NCBI GenBank assembly: GCA_017499595.2
Contig: CM039000.1
Location: 1,364,001-1,428,000, forward strand
Source of the DNA: Psilocybe cubensis
Taxonomy: Eukaryota
Reading direction: 5' to 3'
Length of the DNA stretch: 64,000 bases
Shown here: positions 41,422 to 53,497 of the stretch, piece by piece
Layout of the letters: the number at the start of each line of letters is the position of its first letter
How positions within the stretch are numbered: the first letter of the stretch is position 1
Notes under the pieces: model-generated
The model's input: only the letters and a program-made list of their open reading frames with translations
The model's database searches: none
Told to the model about the DNA's origin: nothing
Made by a program: the position numbers and the translations under genes

Positions 41422-44400
41422 ATGGCGCATCAGGCTGAGTCGGCCAGTTGGCTGGACCCGGTGGTAGGTTTCTTACGCACTTCTACCTCAGCGTTGACTG
41501 CTTTGTAACACTCAATACGTTCATTTATCTAGTCTCATAGTCCAGTTTTTGACTCTATCACTCTTCAAGTTAACGCGGAACAAGAATGGCATGGTACCGA
41601 TGAAGTGATTGTCGCTTCTGATCAGGTTGAGGGCAATCTTCAAAGAGTGGATCGCGTTTCAACCAGGTACGTTGTCTATTAAAGTTTTTCGTATATCTGA
41701 AGTCAACGGCGTTTATTTAGAGACCAAACTTCAATCCTTCAATCTGCCACCGATTTTGACATACATGGAGGAACTTTCTCCACTATTGCTGGTGACAGTT
41801 ATACAGCCAACAGAGATATGCATTTAACGATCAATAATCATATTCATTCCTTGGCTTCAAATGAAGCTCGAGAAGCCATAGGTGTGATCGATTGCTATAT
41901 CATCTCATTCATAACTTAACACAACTTGTAGACACCGGCGAAATATATGAGGCGAGTATGAAACCAGTGATCACACTCTACAACTTTTTCCTGAACTCTT
42001 TATGAATAGATGCCACAACCTCCGTCTCTTCCCGTTCAAAGAAGTTGTGATATATACCGGCGACACATGGCTGCAAAGGGTCGCGGTATTCCTCTGTGGA
42101 TCCCTGAGCCAAACAAAAACCTTCCACTTCAATATCAACGACAAGGGATAGCCATCGGCGATGTTGGGGTCATGACAGCTTCCGGTGGTTTTGCCTTCTT
42201 GTTCAATATATGTCTTGCTCACGACCATCCGATCAACCCACCCACACTTCCTGTGAATTTTAAGCCCATACAGGTTGCAGCACTTAACATACACTGTCAC
42301 TCAGAATTCAAGAACAACAGTTATTTGGCCAGTGCCTCCACTGTTCGGTCCCAGAATGATGGAGACGCATCGTATGTTGAAATCGGATGCTACCTTGCAT
42401 TCCCGAACTGACTTATACATCTACAAAGTGGTTTAGTCTTTGAATCATCAGCTTCCAATGGAGCAATACTTACTATGCCACTTGGCTCTAAATCCGAAGA
42501 CCTTGGAAGTATAGGGCGATTCCGCAGATATGTGGCAGCAAATATGTTGCATTGGTACAATTATGCTTACCATGATAGGGAGTATGATGTAAGGAATGGA
42601 GATTTACGCCTTGTGATAGGCTGCGACAAGACATCATCTTGGGGAATGGCTACCTTTGCAAATTCCGCCGCACACCAAGAATCTTTCCACCTGAAATTCG
42701 GGCTAATAGAAGGAAGAAGATATGGTTGGGAGTACTCTGGCACCGCAGAAGTGAGAGTAGGTCCGGATGCTCATGAAATAGCGCAACTCTGGGACAACGA
42801 CCCTTCTCAGCATAACATCACATACGAGAACCAGTGTTTGTTCATTCGGACGATCAACGCCACCCTGCCAGATGATATATGGGTCAATTTAGGATTTGAC
42901 TATAGTGAACTTGACCTGGTTGTTGAGTCTCAACTACCAGATGGTTCTTCGACGCCTGCGTTGACTGACGCAAACCTCAAAAGCCGCGTCAGCACTGGTT
43001 TGCCAAAAACAACATCTTTTCTTAACAGAGAGGGTGCAAATTATGCCGACCTCGGTGCCAACCACAACATTCTTACTGTACATGGGACCAGAACAATTTA
43101 CTCCTCATCTCCATTTCTTGTCAGTACCAAAGTAGCATTATTTGAGGCAGCCGCAACTAATTCTTTAACTAGAATGATCATCCTTCGAAAGCCATTAACG
43201 CCATGTTACTGAAAAATGTGGGCATGTCATGTTCCTATTTCACATGAGTATGATTTTAAATTGTGCTTCCTTTTGCTATGATAGTCAAGCAAAGAGGTGA
43301 AGATGGCAATCACCCAGGATCAAGATTGGATATCAGTAATGACAGAGGTACGGAACTCACTACCTGAACTCACAGGTTAATCTGAAGTGTCATCGAACGG
43401 GCAAATCCAGGAAGATGCAGTTATGCCAACGTCCGAAGATTTTTTAGCACGAATTCGGGAATCTTTCGATATTTGTGAAGAGGACGGTGCGTGGTGTTTC
43501 GATACAATCTTATTCCTTTTTTTCATTTGGCATGCAGGAGTGGTTTATCTGGAGAATGCCCAAGGAAAATATGTAAGAACTATTTAGTGATAATTAAGAT
43601 GCCTGGTTGACGGAAACGTAGAAAATTGTTCATGACGATACAACGGACGCAGACCTCCTTCCAGAATCCATTCCAGATAGTGCTCAGCTTGTCGATACAA
43701 CTACTGGCAAATTTTCAGGTACCCCAACTGGAGATAATCTAGATTTTCTCGAGGACATTAGAAACGTGATCACTCCAGAGGATGTACCAAGCTTTTACAA
43801 TAGCGTCACAATTTGTACGTTTATTTCTTTGGCATACCCTTTTTGAAAATGAATTGAATGATCTGCAGTAAAGTCCACATATCGCAATATCGAGCGACTC
43901 AAAATCTATAAGGTATAATCTCCCAGGTTTCTTATTTCTATTCGCGCGACATACTGATGCTCGTAAACAGCAAAAATGCAAAGTCATAAGCGACAAGTGT
44001 TTTGAGCTCATGAAGGCTCTAGTAGATGGTTCGCAAGGCATAGAAGGTGCAGTAATTTCCGACGTGGTTGAAGAAGTTGAAGGGTAAGCCATTATTAGCT
44101 TTTTATTGGCACAGTGCGACTGAGCCCCTTTGGTTTTGTTGTACAGCATTGTCTCTCAGTTTGAGCGATCACTCGGAGAGTGGGCTTCATGGAACAGATT
44201 AAGGAGCATCCTTAGGCAAAGAGAAATCAGAGACAGGATTTACCAGCTGCATAGAAACATGGAAGAAGCTGTTTCAAAACTACATGTAAGGTCATGGCTC
44301 ATTCTGTATGTTTGTATATCCGGTCCTCACAAACACAAAGATCCAGATTAATTTGGATATGATACGAAATGCAGGAGATGCCCAGGCCATTCAACAGCAA

Positions 44401-47400
44401 GAAAAATCAGAAATCCGGAATGTGCTACGGTCGATTGTCAAAAGCTCAGAGGACATAAAGACCCTCCTTAGTATGCAATCTCTGCCTGGATCGCACGCTG
44501 TAGAAGAAATCATGGAAAGGCTTCAAACTGTACGTTTTTGTTACTGACCATAAATCACAGACGGGTGACTAAAAAGATGATACATACAGGAATTGATGGA
44601 TCCGACGTTACGACCAAACGAATCGGAAGATTATAAGTCCGGACTTTGGCTTTTGCGTGAGAAAACGTCAAAACTTCCCCCCCTTATTGATTGTAAGTTT
44701 TCAATTGGTATTGAAGGTTACTGGTTGAAATTAGGATTAGTGACTGGCCAGATAAAATGGTCACCGGTCCTATCGACTAAAGGAATGGCCAGCTCAATTT
44801 TCCATGGTGAGTTCATCCAGTTTCGAAGGACCTGCAGGATTATAAGATAATATTACAATTCCAGGTCAATGGTTGGATCGAGAAGACGTAAATTCACGAT
44901 TTATTTTGCATGAAAAAATCCCATTAATTGATGTGTTCTATTTGTAGGTCTTATTACATCGTTGCTTAAAGCCAGCAACGTCCGAGTCTCAGCATGTACG
45001 CCCTTTTATCAACATCATGCGTTGGGAACCTTATAGTTGTCAGGATTTTGAAAAAGAAATATCTTTATGGCGAGCACTGGATCATCCCAACATCGTTCCA
45101 GTTTACGGTATCGCTTATCTAGCTTCAGTTCCCTATATTGTACGTTTTGTTCTGACATTTTTGAGTTTTTTTCGGTGACTGATAATACCAATAGGTCAAC
45201 CCATGGATGGATAATGGACCTGCTATGAGATACATACAGAAATTTCCCAAGGCAAATCGCTTAGAGCTCTTAACAGAAGTTGCTTATGGTGATTTCGGTG
45301 TCTCTAGAATCATCCAAACTTGGCTTACTAATTATCAAATAGGCCTGGAGTACCTTCACGACCATGGTGTAATTCACGGAGACTTGCGAGGGGTAGGCAT
45401 TGACCACCAATATTTTAAATGATGCCATAGCTTAAATTTTTATAGGAGAATGTGCTCATTTCAACCAATGGCAATGCTCGCGTGGCACACTTCGGGCAAT
45501 CGAAGTTCCTTGAACATGTGCGAGCATTTTTCAAAAACACATACTTTGGCTTATATTAATGGTTGCAGTTTGATGGGAACGGCTTACCCTCATATTTCAG
45601 CAATCCCAGGTGGATGGCTCCAGAGATGCTTCAAGGGACTGGTTCTGCGTCGACACACTCTGATATCTGGAGTTATGGCATGCTGTGCCTCGAAATCCTC
45701 AGCGACGAGCATCCTTACAGCGATATACGCCACGACATTGCCGTTATTCGTGAAATTGACAGTGGGATTCTTCCGAAGCGCTCCGAAACAGCCACTGCAA
45801 ATGGCCTTTCAGATGGAATGTGGACTTTGTTACGGAAGTGCTGGCAGCAAAAACCGGAATCTAGGCCTTCTATATCCGATGTTAGAGCTCAATTGTTGGA
45901 GTTGCAGGGTTTCCATGTTTCAAAAGGTATTTGTACATCAAGCTTAGAAAGATACACCTAATCTTCGATTTTTTCGTAGACCTGAACGTGCCGCCTTCTA
46001 TGCTGAAGGACCGACAGAAGGGAAAGGAATCACAAGCAGGCTCACCTAGATCTTCTAGACATTCAAGCACTTCCAGTAAGCTCGCTGTTCCTTCGACGTT
46101 TTAAAACAATTAATAAGTTTGTAGATTTGGACATTTTCTCAGAAGAAAAACCAACCACTGGGTTTAGCGATTCCAGGCTCGGCTCAGCAAATACTAATGC
46201 TACTTCCCTGGCCTCTTCCTCTGTTCCTACACGACCATTATCAGGCGAGGACGACGACCGGTTGTTAACCCACTACTCACCTGATAGTATATCTGAATCG
46301 ATCAACCAAGCTTTGTTGGACCCGCAGATTGTTGTTCACGTTGTCGAGGGAAATGTGTGCCGGGGGACTTTGGAAGGGTTAGTTCAGCATCTCATTGGTA
46401 CTTATGATCATAGTGAGAATCATGAGCTTTCCAAATTGAATCATGCTAATACTACATAGATTTGCAACAGGATATCGAATACAGATATCTTTTATTGGTT
46501 GCATGCCCGGATTTCACGACACCCGACTACCTATTTACTGTTCTAGCCCGCCGTTTCCATGAAGTGGAATCGAGCGTTGCTATTCGCGCTGAGGACAAGG
46601 TCGCATGGCAATACAAGTAAGTTGATGTACTTTCATTATGAGGGAGCATTTCATTAATACGAACATATAGCATCTTCAGCGTGATCATGTACTGGCTCTC
46701 AGAGAGGGATCTCAAGGTGGAACCGCAGTTATTACGCCGAATCAGATATTTTTGCGAAGACGCTGCTCGAATTAAAGCGTCTGCAACGATGGTTAGTAGG
46801 GCTAGAGATCTTTTGGAAGTTGTGGAACGCAGGGTAGGGGTTCAAATCACTGTTCTTTGATCACTGCTCTAATCGTTTCATATCTCTCACTGTTAACCAG
46901 GAAAGACTTTTACATAATGTGGGCTCGGTTGTACCGACTCGACGTATTGCGGTGAAGCAGCGTATTACACCCGTTGAGCTCGCCATCGCATTGACACTAC
47001 TCGAAGGTGACACATACAAAGTTCTGACCCCTGTGGATTACCTCGGTCATCTGAGGAGGCATCCTGGATTCAATAACGTTGAAGGAGTTTACACTACGAA
47101 CAACATGATCATATTATGGGTGAAAGAGTCCATTTTGCGCTTCGATAGCACCGCAGACCGGGCCAGGGCGCTGAAATTCTTCGTCAACACAGCGGCGGTC
47201 GGTAGTCTTGTTGTAACTTGTTGGTCCTAGGTACTGACAGAAGGGGTTTACAGGAGTGTCGGAAGCTGCGCAATTTTTCGTCCCTGGTCGCCATTGCTAC
47301 CGCTCTTCATTCCTCGCCGATAGAAAAACTGCTGTTAACGAAATTGGAAACGAGCATGCAGACGCAGAGCAAGCTAGCAGCGTTGAAAGATATTCTCGAT

Positions 47401-47870
47401 GTGTCTGCTAATCATCGAAGTTACCGAGAAGCACTAGATGATGGAATGGGCGCCTCAAGGAAAGGACCTTGCATCCCATGGCTAGGTGAGTCAAATTTCT
47501 GTTCTTGGTTTACTACAGTTGTCTAATTTACTTTTGGTTAGCTATTCACTTGAAAGAGCTACATGCTGTACTACAGCGGTACCCAATCATCGTACACGTG
47601 GATGGCAAACCACTAATCAACTTTGAGCGGTATATCAAGTTTATGGACCGCGTCAAGGAGGCAGTGCATTATATGCCACCCGACCTGGAGCAGTATCGCC
47701 AACAAGGACTCCTGGAATACATCGTGGATGAATTGGCGAAAACTAAACTGGCCAATATCACAGAAGAAGATCTGGTGGCGCGCAGCAAACACCTCGAGGC
47801 ACAGGAGATGATGATGCGTCATAGCCGACGATCTCAGCTCAAGAGTCTGGGTTTTTTGAAAAAAAAGTGA
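41422..47870 (+). CDS. Multidomain protein: amyloid-like motif + putative gasdermin-like domain + MLKL-like helical bundle + pseudokinase + REM/RasGEF
   Basis: One open frame after removing ~45-70 nt introns. First exons: 41422-41463, 41533-41666, 41721-41881, 41932-41951, 42010-42371, 42429-43119, 43173-43217, 43285-43347, 43411-43486, 43538-43572, 43622-43814, 43869-43912, 43971-44083, 44147-44285, continuing to TGA at 47870. Kinase motifs HPNIV, HGDLRGEN, RWMAPE, SDIWSYG. RasGEF motifs GTLEGLV, ELAIALTLLE, LRNFSSL.AI..AL, PCIPWL, LINFER. Confidence 0.75.
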
Positions 47871-48185
47871 TCTCCTGAGGAGAGTACCTTCCTTCAACTA
47901 TTATTTTTTTCTCATTTATTGGTGACGACATCCTTAATGCTTTTTATATTGGACAGATATACCCTTCTAATGCTTTACATGAAACATTTACTATACTTCA
48001 ATAATATTCTAATACTAGTGCCTACAACCTTTACGATCTTTTTTCTGATACCATCCTTTCCACATTACGCACATACACGTCTATACAGGTTTTTATGTAC
48101 AAATAACTAATTTTGATATACCGTAACTGTGTTTTTGTACACCACCTTTTGCTTTGCACGTTTTTAAAATAATGACACCGTGATG

Positions 48186-51100
48186 CTATAGATCTATCAT
48201 AGATCTCCTCCATTTCGACGTGAGCTCGTCTACCTTGAGGACCACTCCAGCCGCTGCCCTGCTCAGCCTGGCCTCATGCGCCCCGCCTCCGCCTTGCACC
48301 CGCAAACCGCGCTCCAGGCTAGAAAACACTTTACCAGCCCACTCTCCAACCCCAAGAACAAGCGCCGTATGCTCAAGCCCCAACACCCGCCCGCCATCCA
48401 GCTCCAGCGCGCCGTCGAGCACAACGAGCGCAAGCTCCAGCGTCGCCGTCAGCAGCGCCGCCTCCTTACTCGGCCCAGATTCGTTGGCGCGTGCATCCTC
48501 GGGCGCAGCATCGTCGTCGTCCCCGCCATCCTCCTCCATACTCGATACCGGCCGCGTGCCGAGCGTGACGCCCACCTCGAGCGCGTCCGGAGCGACGACG
48601 GCCAGCCACTCCTTCGCATTGCGCGAGGCGTGCACGAGCACCGCGAGCGTGCGCACGAGCTGCGCAAGCACCATCGGGTTGAGGATGAGCCCCGTCCCTG
48701 CACCGCGGTACCGCCCGCGCCCGGAAAGATGCGCCGTGCGCCGCTCGAGCGCCTGCGAGTCGCGCAGGAACGCCCAGAAGGAGGAGATGAGCGGGAGAAT
48801 GAAGTGCTCCGCTGCGATGTCGATGAATTTCACGGCGCTCCTCGCCGGCGCGGGCGGTTGTGTCTGGAACTCGGCGCGCGAGAACGGGTTCAAGGGTGTG
48901 CTTGTCGACGAGGTGATTTCGGACACGAGCTGGGGTTTTTGCACGCGCAGGCGGCGTTCGCGGATGAGCGCGGGTGTGCCGCCTGCTGCTGCTTTGCTCG
49001 CTTCGTCGCGGTGCTCGGCCAACGCCTCTGATGTGAGTTCCTCAACCATCTTTGGCAGCAGCGTTCTGTCTGCTTTGTCCATTATGCTCCTCACGCCTGT
49101 ATTTCCGCCGACGTCGCTGGCAGATATATATTTGTTATGCAGGTGACTTGGGAGCAGCTTGCTAGGGAATGCGATACGCGCAGGGTTACTCGTCGATGGT
49201 GTGGGCGGAACAGGCATATCTGCGAGCTCGCGCGCACCCATGGCAAGTGCATTGAGCGCAGCAAAGCGCTGGTCCGTCGAGTACTGGTTTTTGAAGAATT
49301 CCTGGATCAGCGTTCTACGTAAAAGTGGATATATGAGTTATTTCGACGCGTTTTGTATGTGAGGAGTGGGAACGCACGGTGTCGCTTTTGTCGGCGCGCA
49401 TGCAACTAGAGCGTTCAGCGCTGCCTGCCTCTTCTCCGAGAACCCATCCAGGTCAAAGTTATCCTGCAACGCCAGGAACCCATGCACCAAGTCCACCGCA
49501 TTTTCCTCTACATCAAAAAAAGCACCATCAGCCGGAAAAAAGAGACAACTACGACACAACAAAGAAATACCTACCGAGCTCAGTCCCATACCCGCGCTTC
49601 CGCCTAATAAGCCCCTCCGCGCAGTCCAGCGCCATCTGCACACGGTCCGCATCATGCGGGTCATCTTTACCTGCACCCTGCCCCGTGCCCTTGCCCCCGC
49701 CCGCAAGCCTTAGCAGCTCGCCGAGCTGCGCGAGGTACACCGGGCGCGGGACGCGCTTCACCCCGACGTTGAGCGTCGGGTCCTTCTCGATCTCTGCGAG
49801 CTCCGAGGGCGTGGGCGAGGCGGAGCGCGAGGAGGACGAGGAGGGCGGCGAGGCGTAGCCTGTTAGTGAGTCGTCCGAGTCGTACCTGTCCGAGGGCTTG
49901 GGCAGGAACGTCGCGCGCGCGGGTGCAGGTGCGGGTGTGGGTGTTGGTGCAGCTTTTGCGCGTTCTGCTTGTGCAGCGGCAGCCGCTGGCGTGGATATAT
50001 CCTCCATCTCCACATCCTCCTCCTCCTCCTCTTCATCTCCTTTCTCTCCGGGTGCATCTTCATCACCAGCAACCTCAGCATCCACATCCCGCTCGCGAAT
50101 CAACGCCCTCATCTCCTTACACCACTCCAACCCCTCACGATCCGCACTCTCCTTGCCCCTATCACCATCGCGTCCACCACCACTCTCACTATCCACATCC
50201 CACCCGCCAAAATCGAGCTTGCGCGCACACAGATGCGCGACGACCTCGGCAACAAGCATGCCGCACCTCCGCACCGCCGGGTCGAGGTGCGCGATGTACG
50301 TCCCGACAGCGGATATGAATGGGGGCGAGGAGACGAGGTTCTGGACTTGTGGTGCTGCTGCCGGTGCTCCCCCCGACGAAGAAGAGGATGAAGAGGGGAA
50401 ATAGGATATGGTTAGGAGCAGGAGCGCTGTTGTATCTGTATATTGATATTAATGAGTAGGGGTTTAGATTGCTGGGTGTTAGGAAGGATAGATAGATGAA
50501 TGAGAACGTACATCTATGTCGCGAGAGCAGCGAATGTTTGATATGCTCCGGGGACGCCCATACATCCAACACAGCGCCTAAAAACGCGTCTAGAACTACA
50601 CTGTCGCAAAAGCAAAAAAGCAAAAAAAAAATATGAATAGAATAATAAAACAACGTCATTCAAGGAAACATTCTATCAGACAAGGATTAACGACGTGCCT
50701 TTCACATCCACCCGCCCCTTCGCTGATACCCCCGCCGCCCCCTTCGCCCCCACCACCGACGAACCCAAACCCAAAGGCAAACAAGCCCCCGACACCCACG
50801 CCACAAACGCCCGCGCATGCATCTCGCCAGCAGGCCAATCACGAGTGCCAACCAAGCTCGTCGCGATCTGCCACAGCGCTGGCGTACGCTCCGAATCAGG
50901 AGGGCCAAGGAGGAAGTGGAGGAGCGCGCCGGTGCGTTTGATGTGTCCGCGCGTTGCGGGCGTTGGGGATAGTGTGTGGTATTTGTTGGTGGGTGTTGGT
51001 GTGGAGGAGGGGGAGGGGAAGGAGAAGAGCCCCCCGAAGAGCGATGCGAGAATGGATTGGAGCGTTATACCCGAGCTAGACGCAATGTTCTGAAAGAGCT

Positions 51101-52632
51101 TCGTCCACGTCGCGGAGTACGCTGTGCCCGACTCCGACGACGAGGAGAGCGCTGAGCGGAGCCGCGCGCGTACGGCGGGGAGACACGCGCGGAAGAAGGA
51201 CGGCTGCGAGCGCGCGGTCGGCGGGTGCGCAGGGAACACGCCTTGATTTACGAGTTTTGTTAGTAGATACGTGAGCGGTTCTGGTGGTGCTCATATTAGC
51301 TCGCAATCAAAAAAACATATATCGATGCGAAAGGACCTCACCTAGTGCTGTAGTGGTACTTGAACCACCCCCTGAAAAAGATAACGCACCGAGCAGCACC
51401 TCCACCCGCCCACTCATCCGATCAAAGTACTCCGCGTGCTCAAGTACACCCGGGAAAACCCCTTCCTCCTCCATCCAGCGCCGCCGCTGTGCGTCAGGTA
51501 GAGCGCCCAGAGCATTCGCGACGACCACAGGCACTTTACACGCGTCGCGGACACAGTCCTCCCAGTCCACATTCTGCACGGCGGTGTCTCCTCCTCCTCC
51601 TCCCCCTCCTCCTCCTCTTGCTGGGGTTTTACCTACACCCGCACCTACTCCTGCACCTGTGACTGAAGAGGGGAAGACGGCGGTGTAAAGTCTATCCACG
51701 GGGTACTCGACCACAAGCCGCGCGAGGATACGCAGCGCATAGTTATCACCAGCACCACTTGTCCTTGTCCTTGTCCTTGTCCCTGTCCCTACCCCGGAGG
51801 CAGAGGCGGAGGCAGAAGACACCAACACAGACGCAGGCACCGACACAAACGTCGCATACGCCGCACGCGCCACCTCCCCCGCAGCGCGCGACGCATTGAC
51901 AAACGCGTCGGGACAGAAGAACTGGTCGAGGAGCGCTAGACCGTCTGCGTCTGCGTTTGTGTTTGTGTTTTTACCTTTACCTTTACTTTTACTTTTGCTG
52001 GTGCTTTCGCCTGGACGCATGCGCATGCGCACGAGCTCAGCGCTCCATGTCGGCACGACGTCCTCCAATAATACCCTTTGCACCCTCTGAATGCTCTCCC
52101 TAAGCTCTCTCGTCTTCATCTTCTTCCCCCCACTTGCACTGGCACTTCCCCGTGCACTAGCATCCAAAGCACCCCTCCACTCCCCACCTACCCTCCTCGC
52201 CAAACCCACACCCACCGCCCCATCCACATCCACATCACCTTCCCCAATCCCAGCACCAGAACGAGAACGAGAACGAGAACGAGAACGAGACCGAACAAGA
52301 TACCCACGGTAAAAAGGCGGTAAAAGTCCGAGCCCGTCTAGAAGCGGCGCGAGGATCGCGAGGAGGGTGTGTGGGTCTTCGATGCGCGTCTGCGTCTGTG
52401 TCTGCGGTTGTGTTTGTGTTTGTGTGCTTGGAGAGTGCGTAGTTTGAGGTTGAGCGGTCGTGGTTAGACGGTTACCGCGTAGTGTGTCGAGGAGAGCTTG
52501 GATATCCGATGTATTGGCGTTTGTACTTTTTGCATCCCAAGTAGGGATTGATGAAGTGGATGGAAAAGGTGAGTATGAGGATGCGGAGGATGAGGAGGGT
52601 ACCCCGAAATCGAAATCGAACGCCTTTGACAT
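48186..52632 (-). CDS. TEL2: Telomere length regulation protein Tel2 (TTT co-chaperone), with many low-complexity insertions
   Basis: RRCGMLVAEVVA, DSDDSLTGY (CK2-site-like SDD motif), PRPVYLAQLGELL, EGLIRRKRGYGTEL, ALNALVACAP, YSTDQRFAALNALAMGARELA. Confidence 0.85.
51758..51790. repeat. (TGTCCT)n hexamer microsatellite inside a TEL2 exon (encodes GTGTRTRTRT)
   Basis: Direct tandem repeat visible in the sequence. Confidence 0.8.
52258..52290. repeat. (GAGAAC)n hexamer microsatellite inside a TEL2 exon (encodes RSRSRSRSRS)
   Basis: About five perfect copies. Confidence 0.85.
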
Positions 52633-53207
52633 GCTCGAAAAATACTAATCAACTTCGTATTGGTCACTAGTCACTAGTGGGGGTTAGATCTTGAACATAA
52701 TCGAGCAGTGAACAGTGAGCAGGTTGACGATAAAGATAAAAGTATCCTGTATAGTCAGTAAGTAGTATGTAGTCACGATTCACGACTCAAAGCAAAGCAA
52801 AGCAAAAGCCTATTCCACTCCGCCTGAAATATTTCAAATTACCTGATCTGGATCTGATCTCATCAGGCACCAATGACCATCCACATCACACATCCACACA
52901 TCCAGACAAATGCATCCAGACTAAGTACAAAGTACCCACCCCTATCCGTATGAATGACGTCTTTACGCATGCCCCATTATAAGACTAAAAGACACAAGAC
53001 CCAAGTACTCAAGACTCAATGACTCAATGACTTCCTTAAAAAGTTCTCCACACACAATACAAGAAGCAGAAAAAAAACGCATGTATAATTCACGAAAAAA
53101 ACGCGTGCTATTCCGTATATAAAGCACACTTACTTAACTTGACAATATACTCGAACAAGCAAGATCAAAAAGCAAAGCAAAGAAAAGAAAAGAAAAGCGC
53201 AGCAAGT

Positions 53208-53241
53208 AAGAAGGAAGAAGGAAGAAGGAAGAAGGAAGAAG
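53208..53241. repeat. (GAAGGAA)n heptamer tandem repeat downstream of histone H1-A
   Basis: Direct tandem repeat within a purine-rich tract. Confidence 0.75.
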
Positions 53242-53497
53242 AAAAGCACCAAGAAATCGTAACGTAGCATACAGAGAAAAGAAAGAAAAAAGAAACCTAC
53301 CTACAATATCATACATATCGTACATACTTTACTTTACTTGAATTACTACACAACACAACACGACCAACAAAACCGATAAGACGGGAGACGAGAAGACGAA
53401 AGGACGAGGGAGGACGAAGGAGGGATACAAATACAAATACAACGACGGACGGACGGACCATCCATCCATCGCAAACAACGAAGAAAGGCAAAACCGC

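Noticed and set aside
51300-53460. Short tandem repeats considered as a CRISPR-like array or telomeric repeat
   Set aside because: They are simple microsatellites without spacers, and there is no TTAGGG array.
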